50,752 nucleotides of DNA from the NCBI GenBank assembly GCA_913044215.1, contig CAJWOT010000001.1, positions 1-50,752 of the forward strand, read 5' to 3'. The notes under the pieces were generated by a model that was not told the origin of the DNA, did no database searches, and saw only the letters and a list, made by a program, of their open reading frames with translations. The translations under genes and the position numbers were made by a program. Shown here one piece after another: positions 44,512 to 50,752 of this stretch. Numbering within the stretch: position 1 is the stretch's first letter; every line of letters starts with the position of its first letter. This stretch comes from an uncultured Rhodospirillaceae bacterium. GTDB lineage: Bacteria > Pseudomonadota > Alphaproteobacteria > UBA8366 > GCA-2717185.

Positions 44512-45272
44512 CCCGCCGTCATGCCGCCATCGATGGTGAGTTCGGCGCCGGTCATCCAACCCGACTCGTCCGAAGCCAGGAACAGGCAGCCATTGGCGAT
44601 GTCCTCCGGCACTCCGAAGCGGCCCATTGGCGTCTTGTCGAGGCGTGGTTTGGCGAGTTCCGGATCGTTATGCGTGATTTCCGTCATGGGCGAGGTCACA
44701 AATCCCGGATGAACGGAATTCACGCGGATATTTTCGGTCGCGTACTGTAGCGCTGCCGATTTCGTCGCCAGGCGCACGGACCCCTTCGAAGCGTGGTAGG
44801 CGACATTGTGCGCAGATCCGACAAGGCCGTAGATCGATGAGATGTTGATGATCGAGCCGCCACCCACCGCTTTCATCGCCGGGATGACGTGTTTCATGCC
44901 GAGGAAAATCCCTGTCGAATTGACGTCCATCACCATGTTCCAGTTCTCGAGTTCTTGGTCCTCGATCCTTGGTGCCGATTTTGTGCCGGGAATGCGGCCG
45001 GAGACGCCGGCGGCGTTGACCAGGATGTCGAGCCGCCCGAACCGGTCTTGCGTCTGCTGAACCGCTGCCGCCCACTCCTTCTCATCCGTGGTGTCGAGAT
45101 GGACGTACAGCCCTTCGCCGCTGTCCTTGGAGACCTCATGGCCCAGATTGTCGTTGATGTCGGCGACGGCGACTCTGGCGCCTTCTTGCGCGTAGAGCCG
45201 GCAGGTCGCAGCCCCGATCCCCGATGCGCCACCCGTCACCAACGCCACTTTGCCGTCGAGCCGTCCCGCCAT
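44508..45272 (-). CDS. SDR-family oxidoreductase
   Basis: 'GKVALVTGGASGIGAA', 'NAAG', 'YHASKGSV'. The ATG at 45272 follows GGGAGGA. Confidence 0.9.
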   Translation of the reverse strand: MAGRLDGKVALVTGGASGIGAATCRLYAQEGARVAVADINDNLGHEVSKDSGEGLYVHLDTTDEKEWAAAVQQTQDRFGRLDILVNAAGVSGRIPGTKSAPRIEDQELENWNMVMDVNSTGIFLGMKHVIPAMKAVGGGSIINISSIYGLVGSAHNVAYHASKGSVRLATKSAALQYATENIRVNSVHPGFVTSPMTEITHNDPELAKPRLDKTPMGRFGVPEDIANGCLFLASDESGWMTGAELTIDGGMTAG

Positions 45273-45331
45273 GTTCTGTCCTCCCGATTGATTGTCTTGG
45301 CGATTGTCCGTCATGCCGGCAGGTTGTGCAA

Positions 45332-46432
45332 TCAGGCGCGGACAGCGTCAGGCGCCAATGCGTCCATGCGGCCGGGATCGAAGGGGCGCAAATCGACGGT
45401 GGTTTCGCCGTTCCCCGCAATCAATTCCGCCATAGCCTCACCGGTAGCCGGGGCATTGAGCATTCCCCAGACATTGTGTCCCGTTGCGATGTAGGCGCCG
45501 GCTATTCCAGGGACGGGACCGAGCAGAGGCAGCCCGTCTTGTGTCGCAGGCCGGTAGCAGGCCTGCTCGGCCAGGATCTCCGACGCACCCAGTTCAGGGG
45601 AAATGCGGGCCGTCATTTCACGCAATGTGTCGCTGGCACCGGGCTCCGGCAGCACCTTGGCGGGGTCGACCGGGAGCGGGTCGTCGCCTGACAGCCCGCA
45701 CACATAGGTCGTGCCGTCCGGCCTCGGATTGATTTCCGGCTGGGTCATCATGCCGGTTTTCCATTCCAGTTCGACGAACAGGGATTCCGGTGACGGTTCG
45801 TATTTGAAAACCAAGCTGTGACCCTTCAGCCCGTGCGTCGCGGGCAGCGGAAGCCATTGACAGGCAAGGATCGACCACGGTCCCATGGCGATGACAACGG
45901 CGTCCGCGGTGAGTTCGGTTCCATCGACGATGGCGCCGGTGGCACTTTGGCCGTCCGGACTGAATGTCAGCCCGTCGATACAGCCCTCAATCAAGGTCGC
46001 GCCGTGGTCCGTCGCCGCCGCCATCATCGCTTTCGTGAAATCGGCCGGATGGAGCTGCGCGGTGCTGTCCGGTGTACCGAGCTGGCGATAGACGACGCTG
46101 TCCGCGCCGAGCCAGCCCGGCGAGTCCAGTCTTCGGTAGCGGCTCATATCCTGGTGGATGCTGCTGACGACGCTCAATGTCTCGACGCGCCGATAGCCCC
46201 AGTCGCTGTCCAGTTTCGCGGCGAGTTCTGCGTGAAGGTCGAAACTGCGGCGGGCGAGCGGGGCAAGGGGCGAGCCGTCGCACCAATCGAGCGCGAGAAA
46301 ACCACCGGACTTTCCGGAAGCCGCGTTGGCGAGGCCTGTTCGCTCGACGACGGATACCTCGACGCCGCGTTGGCTCAGAAAATAGGCAATTGAAGTGCCG
46401 ATGACGCCGCCGCCGCAGATAAGAACCTTCAT
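45332..46432 (-). CDS. FAD-dependent oxidoreductase (DAO family)
   Basis: 'MKVLICGGGVIGTSIAYFLSQRG' dinucleotide fold. The start overlaps the hyuA-like stop (ATGA). Confidence 0.85.
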   Translation of the reverse strand: MKVLICGGGVIGTSIAYFLSQRGVEVSVVERTGLANAASGKSGGFLALDWCDGSPLAPLARRSFDLHAELAAKLDSDWGYRRVETLSVVSSIHQDMSRYRRLDSPGWLGADSVVYRQLGTPDSTAQLHPADFTKAMMAAATDHGATLIEGCIDGLTFSPDGQSATGAIVDGTELTADAVVIAMGPWSILACQWLPLPATHGLKGHSLVFKYEPSPESLFVELEWKTGMMTQPEINPRPDGTTYVCGLSGDDPLPVDPAKVLPEPGASDTLREMTARISPELGASEILAEQACYRPATQDGLPLLGPVPGIAGAYIATGHNVWGMLNAPATGEAMAELIAGNGETTVDLRPFDPGRMDALAPDAVRA

Positions 46433-48471
46433 GAATAGTATTCCGTGTGGCGACAAAGCAGTTCGCCGCTGTTATCGACGGTGACAGTCCAGCCCGGTGG
46501 GACGATCGAGGTGCCGCCGGCTTCCTCGACGATGGCCGGTCCCTCGAACGAGAATCCGAGTGGCAGGTTTGCTCGGGTGAAAATGTTGGTTTCCTTCCAA
46601 CCGCCGAACCATACATCGCGTTGTCTCATCAGGTGATCACTGCTGCTACCTGGTTTGAACTCAAGGACGGGTTTGTCGACATCACCGATGGAGACTAGCC
46701 GAATGTTGACAATTTCGGCATCATTCGACCGATCCGCATAACCGAAGGTTTCCTGATGCCTCGCGTCGAAAGCTTGGCGTAATGGCGCGAAATCGGTGTC
46801 GTCCGGGGACCAGGTGATCGCGAGGGTAAAGGATTGCCCCGAGTAACGCATGTCCATGGTGAACTCGTGACGTTGTCTGTCCAGGGAGATGCCGTCGGCC
46901 GTCAACAAGGCCGAACCCTCTTCGCGCAACGCATCGGCTTCCCGCTTGAGGTCCGCGAGTTTGAGTTGCGACAAACGTCCGCCCCACGCTTTGACCAGGT
47001 CGCGCCGCAGATCCGCCATCATTTGGCCGAGGGCCGAGAGGTGACCTGGAAAACGTGGGATTAGGACCTTGCTCATGCCGAGTTCTTCTGCGACGAGGAA
47101 ACTATGCATCGGACCAGCGCCGCCGAAGCCAATAAGGACGAAGTCCCGCGGGTCGAAGCCGCGATGCACGCTGACTTCGCGAACCGCGCCCGCCATTTTG
47201 GCGACGGCGACGGCGAGCGCGCCATCTGCAAGCCTGACAAGGTCGTCGGTGTCAAGTTCGTCCGCGATAGATTTGAAAGCGGCTTCGGCTGCCGGTTTGT
47301 CCAGGCGGAGACCGCCGGCGAGCGGCCTTTCACTGTCGAGGCGGCCGAGTAGTAAATTGGCATCAGAAATCGTTGGCTCCGTGCCGCCGCGTCCATAGCA
47401 GGCGGGGCCTGGGAGAGCGCCTGCGCTTTGCGGGCCGATCTGCAAGGTGCGGTCGGGACCAAGCCAGATAATCGACCCGCCCCCTGCACCGATCGTGTGA
47501 ATGTCAAGCTGCGGCATGCGAAGGGGATAGGCGTCGATCTGGTTGTCGTGCGACATACGCGGTGTGAGATCGTGTACCAAGGCGACATCCGTGCTGGTGC
47601 CACCCATATCGAAGGTGATGATATCGGGACACTGCGCTAAACCCGCGACACGGACGGCGCCGCTGACGCCGCCGACGGGGCCGGACAGGAAGGTTCCGGC
47701 GCAGCGCTGCGCGGCGATCTCAAGGGTCATGGCGCCCCCGTTTGAGCCCATGATATTGACGGGCGCTGTTATTCCCTGACCGGATAGTTCTTTCGCAAGC
47801 ATGGCGAGGTAGTTGCTCATTACTGGGGTGAGATAGGCGTTCAGTACCGCGGTAGAGGCCCTCTCGAATTCGCCGCGCTCCGGTATTAGAGCAGCCGACT
47901 CGGTGATCGGTATACCGTCGAGATGTTGGCGCAACGTCGCTGCCGCGTCTTTCTCGTTTGCTGGGTTGACGTAACTGTTCACGAAGGCCACTGCAACTGC
48001 TTCGATCTGTTGTTTTCGAAGTGTCGTCAAGACCTCATCAAGTTCGGTATCATCGAGTGCTACGAGAACGCCGCCAGTATGCTCTATCCGTTCAGACACT
48101 TCATGTCGTAGATCGCGAGGCACCAGCGGTTCCGGCCGCTGCCAGGCCGCATCGAATAAGCCGCCCGTCAGCCGCCGCCCCTTACCGATCTCCAGGACAT
48201 CCCGAAACCCTTTTGTGGTTACCAGTGCGGTTTTAGCCCCTCGGCGCTGTAACAAAGCGTTTGTTGCGATGGTTGTGCCATGTACGAAGGCACGGATCGT
48301 GTCGAACGGGATCTCGAGCTCTTTCAGGGCCTCGAGGACGCCGCGCCACTGCTCGCCAGGCAGGGACGGGACCTTGGCGGAGAGCAGGCGGCGTTCGCTC
48401 TCGTCATAGGCGAGCAGGTCGGTAAATGTCCCGCCGACATCGACACCAATGAGATAGCGTGTCTGGCTCAT
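46429..48471 (-). CDS. Hydantoinase/oxoprolinase family, A (HyuA-like) subunit
   Basis: 'YLIGVDVGGTFTDLLAY', 'ITFDMGGTSTDVAL'; 680 aa. Confidence 0.9.
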   Translation of the reverse strand: MSQTRYLIGVDVGGTFTDLLAYDESERRLLSAKVPSLPGEQWRGVLEALKELEIPFDTIRAFVHGTTIATNALLQRRGAKTALVTTKGFRDVLEIGKGRRLTGGLFDAAWQRPEPLVPRDLRHEVSERIEHTGGVLVALDDTELDEVLTTLRKQQIEAVAVAFVNSYVNPANEKDAAATLRQHLDGIPITESAALIPERGEFERASTAVLNAYLTPVMSNYLAMLAKELSGQGITAPVNIMGSNGGAMTLEIAAQRCAGTFLSGPVGGVSGAVRVAGLAQCPDIITFDMGGTSTDVALVHDLTPRMSHDNQIDAYPLRMPQLDIHTIGAGGGSIIWLGPDRTLQIGPQSAGALPGPACYGRGGTEPTISDANLLLGRLDSERPLAGGLRLDKPAAEAAFKSIADELDTDDLVRLADGALAVAVAKMAGAVREVSVHRGFDPRDFVLIGFGGAGPMHSFLVAEELGMSKVLIPRFPGHLSALGQMMADLRRDLVKAWGGRLSQLKLADLKREADALREEGSALLTADGISLDRQRHEFTMDMRYSGQSFTLAITWSPDDTDFAPLRQAFDARHQETFGYADRSNDAEIVNIRLVSIGDVDKPVLEFKPGSSSDHLMRQRDVWFGGWKETNIFTRANLPLGFSFEGPAIVEEAGGTSIVPPGWTVTVDNSGELLCRHTEYYS

Positions 48472-50495
48472 GAAGCCCTCGCGTTCAGTGCGCGCAACTC
48501 CACCGTGTCGCCTGGCGCAGCGGCGAGCGCCGAAATGCCGAGCGGACCAAGATGCAGCGCATCGCCCCCTGTGTCTTCAATGTGCACCCAGCCACGCAAG
48601 GCTGCCGCGCCACTTAGGTGACACAGCTCGATCAAATCGCCGTTCGAAACACCAAGGATTTGAGCGGTCGCCTGCGATAATGTGATGCGCCGGCGCGTTC
48701 CGTCTATTTCGTCCTCTTTCGCCAGGGAGATAGGGAGGGTCAGACGGTTGGCATGGTTGCGCTCTCGTTTAGCCTGCGTCGCCGTCTTATCAACCGCGCC
48801 ATGATCATCAAAAACTACACCATACCTTTCTTTCGCTCGCTCTTTCCCGAGATAGCCAAGATGAACGTCGCGTTCAACCCGCAGCGGATCGCGGGCTAGT
48901 GGGTCGCCGTACCCACCGCCGCCGGAGGATTCAAGCCTTACGATATCACCCTTGCGCAGCGGAAATCCACCGACCTTACCGGGCACGGGTGAAGGCTGGA
49001 TGACCTCGCCATCTCGGATGACCGTGAAGCGGTTTTTGGCGCCACTATGTGCGCCAGCAACGCCAAAGGGCGGGATGATCGCATGGTCGCCCAGGACCGA
49101 GAGACTAGCGCCGTCGCCGAGAATGCGAATATCGCGCCGCATGCCGCAGCCGCCTCGAAACTCGCCATCCCCGGCGGAGTCTTTGCGCAGGCCGTAATGT
49201 TCGATCCGGACCGGGCACTGCATTTCTGCGATCTCTGCCGCCTGGACGACGTTGAAGTCGCCCTCCGGAAAGGCGCGGACCACATGGTTGCCATCGGCGG
49301 CCGCAGTTGCACCGGTTCCGCCCGCGGGATACTCGTAGAGAAGAAAGATGCCGGCGTTATCGCCCACGATACCAGTCTGTGGACCGGACATATAGACGTG
49401 GTTGGCGCCGCCCTTCAAATCCCCGACTAGTTTCTCGGGCAAGGCTTGACCCAGAGCGGAAACCATGAGGGCGGCCATGATGGCACGGCATTCCGCCATG
49501 CCGCCGCATGGGGCAGGCAAGGTAGCGTTCAGAAAACTGCCCGGCGGGTTGATAATCTCGATCGGGTTGAAGGAGCCGTGGTTCACCGGCGTTTCGGGAT
49601 CGAGATAAGACTTCACCACAGTGGCAACTGCATTCAGCGCCATCGCAGGTCCCACGTTTGTCGGCCCACTTGTCTGTGGGCTGCTGCCCGAAAAGTCTGC
49701 GATTAATTTGTCGCCGTCGACAGTGAGCTTCAGGCGGCCGAGCAGGGGTTCGGGATTGTGCCCATCGCTGTCGAGATACCCTTCCGCCTGATAGCTGCCG
49801 TCCGGGATCATAGCGATGCGCTGCCGCGCCACAGCTTCCGAGCGCGCGATCAGTTCTTCCACCGCGTCTAGGAAGGCTGTGCCGCCGAAGCGCTTGAACA
49901 GCCTTTCGATCTGCTCCGCCGCCTTGCGTGAGGTGCCGAGCATGGTGTTAAAGTCGCCGCGGCGCTCGTGGCTGATCCGCATATTGTTGATAAGAAGATT
50001 GAGGAAGGCATCGTTCATCCGACCTCGTTCGCAAATGCGTGTGGGTTCGATGCGCATGCCTTCCTGATAGATTTCTTTCACCCGGCCAGACAGAGAGCCT
50101 GGCGTCATGCCTCCAACATCGCCCCAGTGGCACCGCGTTGCCGTGAACATCGCTAGCTTGTTGTCGTGGAATACGGGAAACAGCATCAGGATATCGTTGA
50201 GATGCGTGCCTCCTGTATATGGATCGTTGTGCAGGAAGATGTCGCCTTTGTGTATATCGTCGGCGAAAGTTTTAACGATTTCAGCCGTGGAATAGGGGAC
50301 GGCGAAGATATGGATCGGGTTGTCCGCCTCGCCCTGCGCGATCAAGCGGCCGTCGGCGGTGACCAGACCGCAGGAGAAATCATGCCCCTCATAGATGATT
50401 GAGGAATAGGAACTGCGGATCACATTGGCCCGCATCTCGTTCACCACGGCGACGAGAGACTCGCGGATGAGTTCCAGGCGGCCAAGTTCGTTCAT
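48468..50495 (-). CDS. Hydantoinase B/oxoprolinase family (HyuB-like) subunit with a ~100-aa C-terminal extension
   Basis: 'SSIIYEGHDFSCGLVTADGRLIAQ', 'SGGGGYGDPLARDP'. A further ~100 aa follow ('ITLSQATAQILGVSNGDLIEL...GDTVELRAL'). Confidence 0.9.
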   Translation of the reverse strand: MNELGRLELIRESLVAVVNEMRANVIRSSYSSIIYEGHDFSCGLVTADGRLIAQGEADNPIHIFAVPYSTAEIVKTFADDIHKGDIFLHNDPYTGGTHLNDILMLFPVFHDNKLAMFTATRCHWGDVGGMTPGSLSGRVKEIYQEGMRIEPTRICERGRMNDAFLNLLINNMRISHERRGDFNTMLGTSRKAAEQIERLFKRFGGTAFLDAVEELIARSEAVARQRIAMIPDGSYQAEGYLDSDGHNPEPLLGRLKLTVDGDKLIADFSGSSPQTSGPTNVGPAMALNAVATVVKSYLDPETPVNHGSFNPIEIINPPGSFLNATLPAPCGGMAECRAIMAALMVSALGQALPEKLVGDLKGGANHVYMSGPQTGIVGDNAGIFLLYEYPAGGTGATAAADGNHVVRAFPEGDFNVVQAAEIAEMQCPVRIEHYGLRKDSAGDGEFRGGCGMRRDIRILGDGASLSVLGDHAIIPPFGVAGAHSGAKNRFTVIRDGEVIQPSPVPGKVGGFPLRKGDIVRLESSGGGGYGDPLARDPLRVERDVHLGYLGKERAKERYGVVFDDHGAVDKTATQAKRERNHANRLTLPISLAKEDEIDGTRRRITLSQATAQILGVSNGDLIELCHLSGAAALRGWVHIEDTGGDALHLGPLGISALAAAPGDTVELRALNARAS

Positions 50496-50643
50496 AGCGT
50501 CTTATCCCCGCAATAGTTTCATCCATGTTAACTATAAGCGGCCGGATCGGCGAAGCGAATGCCGTCCCACGTTCGTCGGCATTGCGTTCTGCCGCAGTAT
50601 GACGAGAATTGTGACCTTCTGAATTACCGGGGAGGATGACGAG

Positions 50644-50752
50644 ATGGCTGACAGCGAACTTTGGGCCTATTTGAACGGCAAGTTGGTGCGCGGTGATGAT
50701 GCGGTTGTGCCGCTGACGGACCGAGGGGTGCAATGGGGCGACGCGGTTTACG
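50644..50752 (+). CDS. Class IV (branched-chain/D-amino-acid) aminotransferase, 5' partial at the window edge
   Basis: Hand translation gives 'MADSELWAYLNGKLVRGDDAVVPLTDRGVQWGDAVY', preceded by a GGGGAGGA RBS. It runs off the window, so it is absent from the ORF track. Confidence 0.55.
   Translation, partial: MADSELWAYLNGKLVRGDDAVVPLTDRGVQWGDAVY

Noticed and set aside
1-50752. CRISPR arrays, IS elements, integrases, prophage genes, tRNA/rRNA genes
   Set aside because: I looked for regularly spaced direct repeats, transposase or integrase motifs and tRNA-like sequences in all intergenic regions and found none.

Overview
This is a 50.75-kb, gene-dense, high-GC chromosomal segment. By eye it is above 60% GC outside one lower-GC islet. 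Gene content and intergenic repeats suggest a heterotrophic alphaproteobacterium; that attribution is inference. I recognised no rRNA, tRNA, CRISPR array, transposase, integrase or phage genes. Coding content is mostly aerobic catabolic enzymes in many paralogues:
- five luciferase-like (LLM) oxidoreductases and three crotonase-fold enzymes;
- two TauD/TfdA and two PhyH dioxygenases, one Rieske oxygenase and one PF13759-type 2OG oxygenase;
- class I (A+B) and class III CoA-transferases and two hotdog-fold proteins;
- a hyuB-hyuA-FAD oxidoreductase-SDR operon and an HpcH aldolase;
- two EamA exporters and a DUF4198/HupE metal-uptake pair.

The most interesting signal is hidden by the ORF track. 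ORFs 24459..24734 and 24756..24983 are one gene, read through an in-frame UGA (24732..24734). The UGA sits in a U-G-S-C-S-S-C motif and is followed at +11 nt by an fdhF-like SECIS minihelix, so I call a UGSC-type selenoprotein. It lies in a LysR-flanked operon between an uncharacterised 351-aa protein ending in CxxC and a family III CoA-transferase.

The second theme is gene decay without frameshifts:
- a DgdA-like aminotransferase has in-frame TAG and TAA;
- a degenerate PAS-GGDEF-EAL gene has in-frame TAG and TAA;
- a cytochrome c peroxidase remnant (in-frame TGA) is joined by deletion to the HAMP/signalling half of a chemoreceptor (in-frame TAG);
- a PP2C phosphatase relic is fused to the 3' end of an orphan CoxL-like gene.

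All homology calls come from reading the translations and recalling family motifs. No searches or computations were run.
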